Positions 24,501 to 34,489 of a stretch of 58,320 nt of DNA are shown here, one piece after another. The stretch's first letter is position 1, and every line of letters starts with the position of its first letter. Made by a program: the position numbers and the translations under genes. Under the pieces are notes generated by a model that made no database searches, was not told where the DNA came from, and saw nothing but the letters and a program-made list of their open reading frames with translations. Source of the stretch: a virus (Duplodnaviria > Caudoviricetes); IMG/VR virus record IMGVR_UViG_3300033149_003373, positions 1-58,320 of that record; one strand, written 5' to 3'.

Positions 24501-27083
24501 TGCTTCTTCATAAAATCTATTACTATCTGAAGTCCTGCTTCTTATAGTTTCATATTCTGTTCCATTATAACACGACCATTGTATTTCATTACTGGTTGCT
24601 ATTGGACATCCTGCTCCGTTGAGTTTCACTCTAAATTGTAAAGGATTTTGACTCCAGCAATTCGGAAGCATTGACAAATTTATTGTTGCATCTACATCTT
24701 TTATTTGCCACTTACTTGAACTTAATGCTGTTTGTGGTTTTGTATAATTTATGTAAAAATAAGAAATATTATAACATGCTGGTGCTGTTGCAGTAGACCA
24801 ATTACCATCTATTGCATTATTAGGATTTGTCCAGTTAGCTGTGTCATTAAATGTCCATCCATAAACACCTGTGCTTAATCCACCACAGCTTGTTGATACA
24901 TTTGCAAATTCCTGATAACAATATTCAGTTAATCCTCTGTCATTAGTATACCATCTTGTATCTTCAGTAGCACTTGTAGTTACATCTAATGACTGGTTTG
25001 CTTTACTATAAGTTGTATTTGTTGGTTTAAGTATGGTAACTATTATTGGGTCTGATGGTTTTGTTTGTGTAGGATTAACAAGTATTTCATCTTGGTTTGC
25101 AATATACAATCCCCAATAATTTGTCAGATTGTCTATTTTAGATTGTGATGTTGAACCTGTTACATAAGCTCTCGTTATAAAACTCATGTTTCCATAAATA
25201 TCGCTACCTGCTTGATTTGCACTCATTGGCTGGCATCCAACAAAACTATTCGCTGAATATCTTATTACAGTCTGATTTCTTGTTGTATTATAGACTATTC
25301 CATAAGCTATATTTGAAGCATCTAAAAATGCACCACACTGTCCTCTTGTTAATGGGTCATAATAACCTTCTGATGTTGTCGTCGTATTAAACGGGGCAGC
25401 TGTAGAAGCACCTGCTGTGTTGTTTGGTGTTCCGAAGTTGTAAAGAGATATTGTACTCCATGGTGTCCTTATCTGCATTTGCTTCATAGGTGAGTAAGCT
25501 GGATAATAGTGTAGCATTTCAGTATAGACACCGCCTTCGGTTACTGAACAATTCATTACAACAAGCATAGAAAAGTTGTATTTCACTATACAAGTACCTA
25601 CACTTGATACAAGAACATTAGCTCCTGTCCTGTGCAACCCTTCTATGCCATTACCTCCGGCATTGTTTCCATTGTCGGAATTTGAAATATATTGAGATGT
25701 TGTTATTAAACCACCTGTGAAAAAGTCAGAAACATGCGTGTTTGTTATGTTGTTTGCCTTTACCTTTAGGTCTGTCGTATAATCAAACCTATCAACTTTT
25801 GTGTAATTATAGTAAATACAATAGGATATATCCGAGTTTACTGTGCCGTTTGGTATTATAACAGCTCTTGCAAGAGTAACATGACCTGATGCATTTTGTG
25901 TCCATGGAACAAATGCTGATGGTAATTCAACACCACCTTCATTACATCTACCACTTGCAACTCTCATAGACTCGTTATATGGTATGACATCCAAAGAAGA
26001 AAAATCTATCCATCTTGTTATTGGTGTTTGATTTTCAGCATAAGTAAATCCATCTACACTTATATTTATTTCAGTAGCATAATCAAGTTCAAATGCCCAA
26101 CTTCCCCATTCTGAATGTTTAAAACTTTTTCCAGAAATATTTACAACAGGAATCCATTCTTTGTCATTTGAAAATCCTATTGCCCATTTTCCTCGTACTT
26201 CCACATCAAATTTTGAATTTTTTGGAAGAATAATTGTTTTTCCATTCATAATTTCAATATCTTCATATACAATTCTATCAAAATCTTTACCATCTTTTGT
26301 TTCACATATAGTAGTTGATGGTACATTTAATATTTTTATAGATGTTATTGTTCCATCTTTTCCTTTACGATTTTCTAATGTAGCATAGAAAGTATCTTTA
26401 TTGATTTCCATGTCCCAAGATTGAGTCTGAAATGTAAACAGTGCATATCCTGACCCGATACTTCCTTGTGTTTTAATTAGTTTGACAAAAAAATCATCAG
26501 ATGAATAATCATTTAATTGTATTCCATGCCATGTAGGGTCAATAGATTCAAATCCCCATTTTATATCACCAAATATATCATTTCTTAATGTTTCAAATTT
26601 AATCTGATAATCTTTTCCTTTTCTAAAAGCTACTGAATATTTTACATTTCCAGTATTATCAGGAGCACCACACCATGTACCTGTACAAGGTTTAGTCATG
26701 TTTATATATCTCCAACCAGAACCCCAGCTCCTATACATTTTTATTTCTTGAATTGGAACATCAGTATAAAATTCCCATGACTCATTTGCATATAAAAATA
26801 TATCTGTATTAGCAGAAAAATTAATGTATGCATAACACCTTTCAGACATATTGACAAATGTTCCATCTTTCATTTTTATTTCAAATATATCATTAGTATC
26901 ACCATCATTATTCCAATCCGTTCCAAAACAATACGAATCTCCAGAATAAGATGTTATAGTAATTGCTCCAATAGCTGATAAGTAAAGAAATATTCCAATT
27001 ATAGTAGGTACAGTAATTCCAGTTACAGCTAAATATTTTACAATTCTTTTATGATAAATTCTTTTACTTCCTTTAGTAGCCAT
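21513..27083 (-). CDS. 1856-aa membrane-anchored surface glycoprotein/adhesin with LamG-like domain
   Basis: N-terminal TM helix; very many NxS/T sequons; FRHFALT...YYNG...LNGTIGELKIFNRTLTSHEI LamG signature. Confidence 0.75.
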   Translation of the reverse strand: MATKGSKRIYHKRIVKYLAVTGITVPTIIGIFLYLSAIGAITITSYSGDSYCFGTDWNNDGDTNDIFEIKMKDGTFVNMSERCYAYINFSANTDIFLYANESWEFYTDVPIQEIKMYRSWGSGWRYINMTKPCTGTWCGAPDNTGNVKYSVAFRKGKDYQIKFETLRNDIFGDIKWGFESIDPTWHGIQLNDYSSDDFFVKLIKTQGSIGSGYALFTFQTQSWDMEINKDTFYATLENRKGKDGTITSIKILNVPSTTICETKDGKDFDRIVYEDIEIMNGKTIILPKNSKFDVEVRGKWAIGFSNDKEWIPVVNISGKSFKHSEWGSWAFELDYATEINISVDGFTYAENQTPITRWIDFSSLDVIPYNESMRVASGRCNEGGVELPSAFVPWTQNASGHVTLARAVIIPNGTVNSDISYCIYYNYTKVDRFDYTTDLKVKANNITNTHVSDFFTGGLITTSQYISNSDNGNNAGGNGIEGLHRTGANVLVSSVGTCIVKYNFSMLVVMNCSVTEGGVYTEMLHYYPAYSPMKQMQIRTPWSTISLYNFGTPNNTAGASTAAPFNTTTTSEGYYDPLTRGQCGAFLDASNIAYGIVYNTTRNQTVIRYSANSFVGCQPMSANQAGSDIYGNMSFITRAYVTGSTSQSKIDNLTNYWGLYIANQDEILVNPTQTKPSDPIIVTILKPTNTTYSKANQSLDVTTSATEDTRWYTNDRGLTEYCYQEFANVSTSCGGLSTGVYGWTFNDTANWTNPNNAIDGNWSTATAPACYNISYFYINYTKPQTALSSSKWQIKDVDATINLSMLPNCWSQNPLQFRVKLNGAGCPIATSNEIQWSCYNGTEYETIRSRTSDSNRFYEEAMYWNVSSKVIFTDNTTILLGLGANNITVYVNDSSGTEYKNSVVASYVTLPDIYLNGVKSNTTYELGTVSTIRANISNTDVEVCLSLDAFGFGENFTCANQIVEYNFTTISSENTFWILNNSYNSKNHTINTNVPSVFFFDIDNRSEFSTGQFNIISLVNNSKNVGIDVGLDGITDYKLLGNMDDSTINLDYFDINTTMKNVTFNYSGIEIITFTLPRNVTVTEANMTIDSLDSGTMTTNKIMASYLTSYILNFTGKENEENNLTFKLLIPKGSTILSASLNLTGSQEGNYFVDMRGNPTSYWKEGTLQNPEYVFDNDTSTYTSVNHLAGENLYADFNNTKLPNATSIMVAALHITCAITNTWDGVSKTSSPNTAPVWYSLDTSHGKDGSIRFFDTGDQNCRNIAEAWLTFNYTEYPDDIRITIDKKSPDTYNMSGSLDYTQNVTLNISQIQTYIDSCTDDLCYVPFQLFATGNGVVNVSSVRVTYSNTVSNLTIDTGDDRNINYNYTGIFNSTNVAPVTIDLGISDIQSYLDNETLCPTSSLDCAIPIRIGSQSAGGINITWFEVNYTYNKINVSSTPFINFSKNSCWKNKGDYEWNFENGFADIYHGFNLSNNSINIPNGLFNKTAEFNGINSSMNYSGSSLCKENCTITMQLSMKSYVEFSESMNLFIINNETSNGVLIGISEKGKNVGFKATYGNVSDDRKVRFLNTSTSHEEDVFRHFALTIEKVNNTHQDFTGYYNGIAIDTSYVKEMSPLNIENITIGSYFLSYVLEYEFLNGTIGELKIFNRTLTSHEIKFDAFSSPYETNRCKIPIEITSETNTTININNMFLKYKGTANHTVFASTQSNKSIDLNLDVVWSKWNYSFPNATQYFEFIPNTPTSKNVTPYGQTSDDPILNITPQAWDNLFNFSIYLNDSYNCVNLTVSTDNSKANGSIVTKNSWSEHKWNQTETSPTFGLWFWSDYYCSGTTQWYLWQPYLSLRACGVGTICSADVT

Positions 27084-27088
27084 TTTAA

Positions 27089-27556
27089 TTACCTGTCTGT
27101 ACCTATTCTTAATGTCATAATAACATCATAAACTTTGTTAGTATCAGAAGGATTCTCTTGTCTATTTTCAGTTATTTGAACTTTATCAAAATTAACTTCA
27201 TATGTATCTCCAGCATATGTTAAAGTGACAGTTCCTCCATATGTAGTAATATATCTAAAATTGTCTTTATGCTGTTTTGCAGTAATAGAAGTAGCTCCTT
27301 GTTTTCCATTAGTTATATGACCAGTTATAATAAATGTATCTTCATATTTTCCAATATCAACTATTTTTCCCGGACTTGGAGATTCTGTGCCTCTTTTAGT
27401 TCTTGTTGTTATATTTGGTATTCTTTTCAAATCTTTTGTTATAGCTTCTTCTACTTTAATATCCTGAATAGTAATTACAATAGCAGTAGCTCCAACTGGA
27501 GTAGGTGGTGCTGATGCCTGTGCTGTTATAGTTTTTGATAATGTTATATCTGCCAT
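27089..27556 (-). CDS. Distal-tail (Dit)-like protein
   Basis: Immediately after tape measure; IVDIG...FIITGHI...YDVIMTL pattern. Confidence 0.5.
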   Translation of the reverse strand: MADITLSKTITAQASAPPTPVGATAIVITIQDIKVEEAITKDLKRIPNITTRTKRGTESPSPGKIVDIGKYEDTFIITGHITNGKQGATSITAKQHKDNFRYITTYGGTVTLTYAGDTYEVNFDKVQITENRQENPSDTNKVYDVIMTLRIGTDR

Positions 27557-27561
27557 ATTAA

Positions 27562-29004
27562 TCACGCTGCTACTAACCTCTTTATATCTGAAACTACTCT
27601 GTCATTATTATCTCTAAGCATTCTTTCTAATTCTGTTTTATCTCCTGCACCTGATATATTATAAGTTGCATAAAAATTTACAACATTTTCAGTTCCCCTA
27701 CCATGGATTCCTTCAAATCTTTCTCCACCATGTCCAATCATTGGAACAGGTTCTCCAAACCTTCCTGGAACTACACCACCATGTTGAAGAGTTACGCCTC
27801 CACCTCCACCTCCACCTCCATACATTGCACCTCCTGTAATACTACTCATAGCATCAGCAATATTTTTAAAGAAGACTCCACCAACACCAATAGCACCACC
27901 AAGTAATGCAGCAGCACCACCTGCTACTGCACCAATACCACCAGCAATAGCACCACCAATTCTAGGTAAAAGTTGAACAACTAGTCTAATTACAGGTAAC
28001 CCTGCTAACCATTTTAAAAAATTAGGAATAACTAACATTATAGTTGTTTTAACACTTTTTAATTTCCATGCACCAGCAGTTGAAAAGAAATTAACAAAGA
28101 TAGAACCTAAAGATGCAATAAGACGTGCTGTTGTCTTTACACTTCCTTTTAACCATTTACCAGCAGTTGAAAAGAAATTTTTAAAAGTGCTTCCGAGTGA
28201 TGTTGATAAACCAGCTTTTGTATTTACACTTCCTTTTAACCATTTTCCTGATGTTGCACCAAAAAATTTAGCTGCTAAAGCACTGTATGCTATATCAAGA
28301 CCAACAGTTGTTACAACTCCTGCTACTGCACCACCTACAGGACCAAGTTCTCCTATCGCCTTAAAAACATCTCCAATTGCTTTTCCAGCAGGACCAGCAA
28401 TTCCAAGAACTTCACCTATAGCTCCTCCAAATTCTCCAAGTAAAGCACCTACAGCACCAGCTATAGGAATTCTCATAGAAGGAAATACCATTGCTAATGA
28501 TGAAAGACCAAGTATAAGTTGTCCAACTGTTTGCATTACTAAACCAGAAGCTTGACCAAATAACATCAGTTGTCCCAAAGATTCTTTTGTTGAATCTGAT
28601 AAATCAAAAAGACCGTCTATAACTTTATAGATTCCATCAGCCATTGGTTCAAGTGCTTCAAAGGCTATAAGATTTAATGATAGATTTAACATTTCTCCAA
28701 TTCCAAGCCATTCAACTGCTTGACTTGTCATTTGACCAAACATTCGTGTTACAGCCATTCCCATAAACATTATTCCAAGTTGTTCCATTCTAAATCTTCT
28801 TGCATTCTTTTCCATTCTTCCAAGGACATCTCTCATTTTCAATCCTCGTTTAGAAACACTATCCATTATTTTACCTGTTTCATCTACAGTAATACCTAAT
28901 TTTCTTAATTTTCTTTCACTCATATCTATTTTTGCAACATCTGCTAATGCTTTTATAATTATTTTTACTTCATGTGCAGAACCTATTCTCTGACCAGCCG
29001 CCAT
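27562..29004 (-). CDS. Tape measure protein (short, 480 aa)
   Basis: Gly/Ala-rich amphipathic repeats, hydrophobic segments, LQHGGVVPG..GEPVP...HGGE end motif; follows the chaperone genes. Confidence 0.8.
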   Translation of the reverse strand: MAAGQRIGSAHEVKIIIKALADVAKIDMSERKLRKLGITVDETGKIMDSVSKRGLKMRDVLGRMEKNARRFRMEQLGIMFMGMAVTRMFGQMTSQAVEWLGIGEMLNLSLNLIAFEALEPMADGIYKVIDGLFDLSDSTKESLGQLMLFGQASGLVMQTVGQLILGLSSLAMVFPSMRIPIAGAVGALLGEFGGAIGEVLGIAGPAGKAIGDVFKAIGELGPVGGAVAGVVTTVGLDIAYSALAAKFFGATSGKWLKGSVNTKAGLSTSLGSTFKNFFSTAGKWLKGSVKTTARLIASLGSIFVNFFSTAGAWKLKSVKTTIMLVIPNFLKWLAGLPVIRLVVQLLPRIGGAIAGGIGAVAGGAAALLGGAIGVGGVFFKNIADAMSSITGGAMYGGGGGGGGVTLQHGGVVPGRFGEPVPMIGHGGERFEGIHGRGTENVVNFYATYNISGAGDKTELERMLRDNNDRVVSDIKRLVAA

Positions 29005-29225
29005 TATCTTCTCCCTCCTTTTTTAGATTTTTCATATTCTTTTCTATTAGAGTCACTTTCTTCATTTAATCTATTCATTAAATTAACAAATGCGGGAATT
29101 TTCATCTTCCCAAATTCTTCAGGAGAAATATAGCCAAATCTCCTGCAAAAAGAATAATGACAATCAATTAAATCAACATCTTGATTTTCTTGTTTAATCT
29201 CCTGTAGTTGACTTGGCATTGTCAT
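29004..29225 (-). CDS. Tail assembly chaperone, second part (gpT-like)
   Basis: FGYISPEEFGKMKIP motif; directly upstream of tape measure. Confidence 0.6.
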   Translation of the reverse strand: MTMPSQLQEIKQENQDVDLIDCHYSFCRRFGYISPEEFGKMKIPAFVNLMNRLNEESDSNRKEYEKSKKGGRR

Positions 29226-29610
29226 TTTTAGCCACCTTTTCTTTTATATTTTTTATAGATTCTACTTTCTTCTTGACTTCTATATCTTTTGTTTCTTCTG
29301 GTATATTTGCTTCAAACATTCCATTCATGCAAAATGAAAAATTAGATGATATAAATTTTTTCAGAGTATCTTCATCTGCATCTGTTCCTTGTTTCATAGA
29401 TTCTAAAACCAATTTATTTATTACGTTTATTTCTTCTTTATTCAATATATCTAATAACTCTTCTGGTTTTTTGCCTGTAAATTTTTTAACTAATTCGAAA
29501 TACTCTCCATAGTATTCTACAGGTAATGAATGAAATTCAAATTCATCATCACATATTTTCTTAATTACAGGTTTCCCTATATATCTTTCAAATGCTTCCT
29601 TGTTTGTCAT
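29194..29610 (-). CDS. Tail assembly chaperone (gpG-like)
   Basis: Acidic, IC.DEFEFHSL pattern; position between tail tube and tape measure. Confidence 0.6.
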   Translation of the reverse strand: MTNKEAFERYIGKPVIKKICDDEFEFHSLPVEYYGEYFELVKKFTGKKPEELLDILNKEEINVINKLVLESMKQGTDADEDTLKKFISSNFSFCMNGMFEANIPEETKDIEVKKKVESIKNIKEKVAKNDNAKSTTGD

Positions 29611-30402
29611 TCTCATCTCCTCCTTCATATCCAATTAAAATCTTTCTTCCGTCAAGCATTGTTTTGTATATGGGTTTCTTTTCTTTTTCCCCAAACAATG
29701 CTTTTTTTATCATATCAATTTCTTTCAGTATTTCTTCTATTATGCTTAATATCTCGTCATACTTTGCATCAAATTGACCATAAGTGTCTATTAAATGAGT
29801 TAGCAATAAACCATAATCTCCTTCATAATCTCTATTAGCCCAATCAATAAACATTTTCTTATGCTTTCTTCCAACTCTTCCAATATATAACGCTTTCTGA
29901 TTATCTTTCAAACATTTCACTACAACATCTCTCGGATTTGTTTCTTTCAGTATTTTATTAAAATCATATTGTGTATTTGCATCATTCATAATACATCACT
30001 CCCTGTATTATCTTTAGGGTCTTTTAGCTTTCCCATTACTTGTAGATATACAAAACCACCTATTTCTGGCTGTTCTTTTTCAGGTCTTTTTTCTATTTTT
30101 TTCATGTCAACATATTCTAATGGAGTAACTTCGCTGATAGTTTTCTTTATATCATCCATTTTTTCTACATTTTTTTCATTTGTATCAACATGCCCGATAC
30201 AGTCAAGATGTTTTATATCTCTTAGGAATTCATCAGCTACTTCTGACTTTATTCTAATATCATATAGTTTAATTTCACATGGAAAAGGTCTGGTTGTGCC
30301 ATCACGGAGTATACCTTTTAGTGGATATTCTCTTTTTCTCATCCAATCCACAAACTTTTGATGCGTCTCAGGCATTGTATCGACCATTAAAATTAAATGC
30401 AT
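29588..30402 (-). other. Two hypothetical proteins (29588..29989, 29986..30402)
   Basis: Coupled ORFs in the late operon; no motif recognised. Confidence 0.7.
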
Positions 30403-30413
30403 TTCTTTTCACC

Positions 30414-31031
30414 TTAACTCCATAGTTGACCTAGAGATGTTACACCCAATGATGCAAGACTTAATGTTGTTGTACCATCACTTGATTGCCATTTTATGTT
30501 TGGATTCCCATCTTTTGTGTATGGTGCTACTATAAATTTTGCTGTACATTTTAGTAGTCCATCTGTAAATGAAACCTTTGAAGATGTCAATCTGGCATTA
30601 AGTACAATTAATCTCCTTGCTGTACTTCCTATACTTACTGCACCATTGCCAGCAGTTACACTTGCTTCATCAGTCCACATTATAGCTAATCCATATTTTT
30701 CCCTGTTTCTGCTTACATCAGATTCAAGAGGTTCTGTACTGTCCCAATTAGTATCTGTTGTGTTAAATAATTGTTCCATGCCAAATGCTTTGTCTGAACC
30801 AACTACTGTATCAATACTTGTTGGATAAAGTTCTACTGTAATTGTTGTTACTTCTTCTGGACCTAATTTTTCAACTCTTCCACCTGACAGTGTAGCTACA
30901 TATTCTACTGGTTTGTCTCCTTGGTCAATATCAATAGTCTCAGTTGAACTAACAAAGTCTATACTTGCACCGCCTACTGGTGCTACTGAAACCAAAGCTA
31001 ATCTTGTCCATGAACTTGGAAAATCTGCCAT
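30414..31031 (-). CDS. Major tail tube protein (putative)
   Basis: About 205 aa, S/T/V-rich beta protein at the canonical position; no sheath gene seen. Confidence 0.65.
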   Translation of the reverse strand: MADFPSSWTRLALVSVAPVGGASIDFVSSTETIDIDQGDKPVEYVATLSGGRVEKLGPEEVTTITVELYPTSIDTVVGSDKAFGMEQLFNTTDTNWDSTEPLESDVSRNREKYGLAIMWTDEASVTAGNGAVSIGSTARRLIVLNARLTSSKVSFTDGLLKCTAKFIVAPYTKDGNPNIKWQSSDGTTTLSLASLGVTSLGQLWS

Positions 31032-31157
31032 TCCTATCACCTTTTATTTACAAGGAACATTATCAGTCAGTTCCAGTTCGTGCCACTGTCTTAGGACTTT
31101 TCTTGACTTCTTTCTTTGGTTCTTCAATAATTCTTCCATCTATTGTTTTTCTCATAT

Positions 31158-31646
31158 TTATCGTCTCACAATTCTATCAGCTAATCTGTTTACTTCTTGG
31201 TTTATTTTTGATTCCATACCCCTTATAGAAGGCTCTATAAACGGGGTATATTTTTTTACCCAAACTGTTCTTGATTTTCTTGTCATTAGATGACCATAAA
31301 GCGGAGTTCCTGCTCTTCCTTGTTTTCTTAACATTTTTGCTGTTACTGCATGAGGTTTAAATCCATATTCCTGATAAAGGTGATATGGTCTTTTTAGTCT
31401 TCCGCCTACTGAAACTTCCCATCCTTTAGTATTTCCTTTTTTGAATCTTTTGACAACTATTGACTTCTTTAAAGCTCCTCTTCCACTTTTCATATGTGAT
31501 GTTCTTATTCGCATTCTTCTTGCTAATTCTTTTGCCAATTTATGTGTAGTTTTAACACCTTCTGGTGATATTCTTTTTTCAACTTTTCTTAAATATTTTT
31601 GAGTTTCTTTTAATCCTGTAATATTTACTCTAAATCCTGCTGGCAT
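31158..31646 (-). CDS. HK97 gp10-like neck/tail-completion protein
   Basis: NITGLKE, GALKKSI, YHLYQEYG, PFIEPS motifs; basic. Confidence 0.8.
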   Translation of the reverse strand: MPAGFRVNITGLKETQKYLRKVEKRISPEGVKTTHKLAKELARRMRIRTSHMKSGRGALKKSIVVKRFKKGNTKGWEVSVGGRLKRPYHLYQEYGFKPHAVTAKMLRKQGRAGTPLYGHLMTRKSRTVWVKKYTPFIEPSIRGMESKINQEVNRLADRIVRR

Positions 31647-31648
31647 AT

Positions 31649-32122
31649 TTAAGTCCCCAGATTATGCACAAAAAACCCGCCAAATGTAATTATGGTTTCA
31701 TGTGTCTTTATTCCTTCTATTGTTAAAACATCAGTATCTTCTGTTACTATTTCTGAATCATGAAGCTGTTTATCGTTTCTTAAATTAGATGTTACTGCAC
31801 CATTAAATATTTCATATATTTCATCTGTAAGAGTATTATTCTTTTCAGCAGCTTTATCTCCAGCAGTATAAACAATAATATCCATATTCCAATTTACTTT
31901 AACTTTTCCATAAGTAAATGGTTCTGTATCAATTGTTGGCTTGTCATAAACAATTATTGGGAAATCAGTCTTACTTAAATTTACTATTTGTGGAAATGCT
32001 GAATGATTCCAGACAGTTATAGTTCTTACAGGGTCTTGAGAATCAGTAATAGAACCAGTGATAAGGCTATACATTGCTCTATAAATGTCACGCCTAATAC
32101 TTTCCTTTAACACAGCAGTTAT
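31649..32122 (-). CDS. Tail terminator-like protein (start uncertain: ATA 32122, GTG 32113 or ATG 32236)
   Basis: FPIIVY...MDIIVYT...LTDEIYEI pattern; position among connector genes. Confidence 0.6.
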   Translation of the reverse strand: MTAVLKESIRRDIYRAMYSLITGSITDSQDPVRTITVWNHSAFPQIVNLSKTDFPIIVYDKPTIDTEPFTYGKVKVNWNMDIIVYTAGDKAAEKNNTLTDEIYEIFNGAVTSNLRNDKQLHDSEIVTEDTDVLTIEGIKTHETIITFGGFFVHNLGT

Positions 32123-32205
32123 GTAAATCACCGATACACGAGATATTCTAAACTGAAAAGATACACAATTCAGTTCTGCTATAAGTATATTGTTTTCATT
32201 TGTTA

Positions 32206-32220
32206 ATAAATGTACTATTA
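32206..32220 (-). promoter_or_regulatory. Repeated 15-bp candidate late-promoter motif TAATAGTACATTTAT
   Basis: Exact second copy at 50425-50439, same strand, both upstream of late genes. Confidence 0.45.
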
Positions 32221-32868
32221 GCTTTCTCTTCTGCAAAATACTTCATAATGAGACCATCTTGCACCAGAATTAGGACTTCTTGTTTTTATTACTTCATTTA
32301 TTTTATATGTTAAGCTGTCATAAACAACTCGATTTCCTATTTTAGCATATTTTTTATTATAGTCATTTGTGCTTATTAATAAGATTAAATCTCCTAATTG
32401 AAGACCACCTAATTCTCTTGTTTCTCCTACTTCACTAATTATTTCAGCTATTGTATAAATTAAATAATCAACTGAAGAAGTTGAAGTATGCCCATAATCA
32501 TCTGTACTTACAGTTACATTTTTTATAACAACATTTTCTCCTCTTTGCTCAAGTAAATTTTCCATATCAGAAGCATTATCAACAATTAAATCAGATTCAA
32601 AAGTTCCCTGACCAGAAGCTATTATAAATCTTACTATTCCAAATCTGCCATCAGTAGAAAACGCTTTTATATGAACTTCATCATCTTCTTCCCATTGAGT
32701 ATCTAAATTGCCCAAATCAAGCATATATTCTCCAGCAGTGTTTATATCACAGCTTGTAGATTCACCCTTTGTTGTGTTAAATACATATGCTGTTCCTCCT
32801 GTCAAAAGAGTAGATTCATCACTAAAATATATGTGTCCACTACAAGGAAAAGGAGTCAGCGGTGCCAT
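32218..32868 (-). CDS. Beta-sandwich domain fused to head-closure (stopper)-like domain
   Basis: N-half paralogous to 33810..34424; C-half GENVVIK...DDYG...IGNRVVYDSLTYKINEV. Confidence 0.55.
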   Translation of the reverse strand: MAPLTPFPCSGHIYFSDESTLLTGGTAYVFNTTKGESTSCDINTAGEYMLDLGNLDTQWEEDDEVHIKAFSTDGRFGIVRFIIASGQGTFESDLIVDNASDMENLLEQRGENVVIKNVTVSTDDYGHTSTSSVDYLIYTIAEIISEVGETRELGGLQLGDLILLISTNDYNKKYAKIGNRVVYDSLTYKINEVIKTRSPNSGARWSHYEVFCRRES

Positions 32869-32872
32869 TTAA

Positions 32873-33571
32873 TCACCTACCATAGTATCCACCTATCATT
32901 GGTGCAACATCAAATCCTGGTATGACTAATCTTGTAAGTACATCTGTTTTTGTGTGATGCAGAGGATTACTTTTAATTTCATTTATAGTTTCAAGATATT
33001 TGTCATAAAATACAGTATAAGCTTCAGACTGTCTTGAAACCCTCATTTTTCCTGCTGCAAACTGTTGAACCTTTTTGACATCTATTCTAAGAAATCCAAG
33101 AGAAGCAGCCATATAAGATGTGGCTAATACAACCAAAGGATGTGGTGTTGACATATCTACTGGAGAATAATGATATGTAATATAGAGTCTGTTTCCGCTT
33201 GATGGTGCAGATGAAAGAGTTATTTTCCCGTTATTAGCATCTATACTTGATACAGTAAGTTCAGTTTCTACTCCTCCTGGAGCTACCTGATAAACAGTTA
33301 CATCTGATGTGTCTACATCTCCATCATCATCTGCATCTCCTATAAAATACTTTTCCCATGTTTGAACATAATATTCTGTATTAGAACCATTTATTTCATT
33401 CTCTCTAGTAGAATCAATATATTTTACTTCTTCACGAACTTCTTTTACTTGTATATCAGAATTAATTTTTCTTGTTGCGTGAGTTATTAATATAGCTAAA
33501 TCTACATCAGTTATTTCACTTGTTGTTAAGCCTGAAACAGACCTCGTGTTTGTTGTTGTGCAATATGCCAT
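32873..33571 (-). CDS. Head-tail adaptor protein with inserted beta domain
   Basis: MAYCTTTN.R...LITHATRKINS...LATSYMAA typical adaptor pattern. Confidence 0.65.
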   Translation of the reverse strand: MAYCTTTNTRSVSGLTTSEITDVDLAILITHATRKINSDIQVKEVREEVKYIDSTRENEINGSNTEYYVQTWEKYFIGDADDDGDVDTSDVTVYQVAPGGVETELTVSSIDANNGKITLSSAPSSGNRLYITYHYSPVDMSTPHPLVVLATSYMAASLGFLRIDVKKVQQFAAGKMRVSRQSEAYTVFYDKYLETINEIKSNPLHHTKTDVLTRLVIPGFDVAPMIGGYYGR

Positions 33572-33589
33572 AATAATCGCCCATAGTAA

Positions 33590-33805
33590 TTACCTTCTTC
33601 TGCTTTTATTAATATTCATATTAGGTATTTTTGCTTTAGTTTTTGGAACTGCTTTTTTAACTTCTATTTTCTCCCATCCTGATTTACAGTAATCATATCT
33701 TGTTTTATCTTTATTAATATAGCATCTTTTAGCAGTTTTATTTACGTCATAACAAAACAATTTCTTGTCTTCATCTTCACAATAATGTGTTGCTTCTTTA
33801 GCCAT
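33590..33805 (-). CDS. Small Cys-rich protein, paralog of 41910..42269
   Basis: THYCE.E..K.FC......RCY.N..KT..DYCK.GW shared. Confidence 0.75.
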   Translation of the reverse strand: MAKEATHYCEDEDKKLFCYDVNKTAKRCYINKDKTRYDYCKSGWEKIEVKKAVPKTKAKIPNMNINKSRRR

Positions 33806-33809
33806 TTAA

Positions 33810-34424
33810 TCACCTTTCACTATAAGAATAATTACCAACATCATATATAGTAGTAACTGTTATATCACCATTTGAATCAACATCTCCTAAATTATTTGAA
33901 GCACCTGTTGACATTTCTTGAACTGTTGAATTTGCTGCACCTCTTATTAAATAAAATCCACCTCTGAATAATACTCCTTTTCCTAAATTAATAGGTTGTG
34001 TTACACTTGCTGCTACATTTACCTGAAGTTTCATTAGATTTGTATCTCTTTCTATAAAGCAGAATGTTCTTGCAGTTGCATTTGTAGTGCATATTGCTCT
34101 TTTCAAAACACAGGTACTAAGTGGCATATCTCCTGGCATGAAAAATAAATCAACTTCCCATGATGACTGAGATGTAGCTAATTTACATACTGCAACAGCA
34201 TGTTTATGGTCTTTGTATGCAGTTATATAAACGAAATCATTTGCAGCCCATTGTGTCGTGAATCCACCTAAATCTATTGTAAACTGTCCACTTACATCTG
34301 TAGTAGCAGTTTCTTGTTCTCCTTTAGTGTAATTTCTAACTACAACTGTAGCTGATGCTACTGCTGTACTACCATCACAATCATATAAAGTTCCGCTCAC
34401 GGGACAAGGTGTATTTCCTGCCAT
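33810..34424 (-). CDS. Beta-sandwich (carboxypeptidase-regulatory-like) virion-associated protein
   Basis: PVSGTLY...ATVVVRN..KGE...TTDVSGQFTIDL. Confidence 0.5.
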   Translation of the reverse strand: MAGNTPCPVSGTLYDCDGSTAVASATVVVRNYTKGEQETATTDVSGQFTIDLGGFTTQWAANDFVYITAYKDHKHAVAVCKLATSQSSWEVDLFFMPGDMPLSTCVLKRAICTTNATARTFCFIERDTNLMKLQVNVAASVTQPINLGKGVLFRGGFYLIRGAANSTVQEMSTGASNNLGDVDSNGDITVTTIYDVGNYSYSER

Positions 34425-34489
34425 TTAATCACATCTTAATTTTTCATAATAATTCCATAATTGATTTCCTTTCTGAAATGACATAATAA

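Noticed and set aside
29004-29610. Programmed -1 frameshift between tail chaperone ORFs
   Set aside because: The second ORF is in the +1 frame relative to the first and has its own GGTGG SD and ATG; no convincing slippery heptamer at the overlap.
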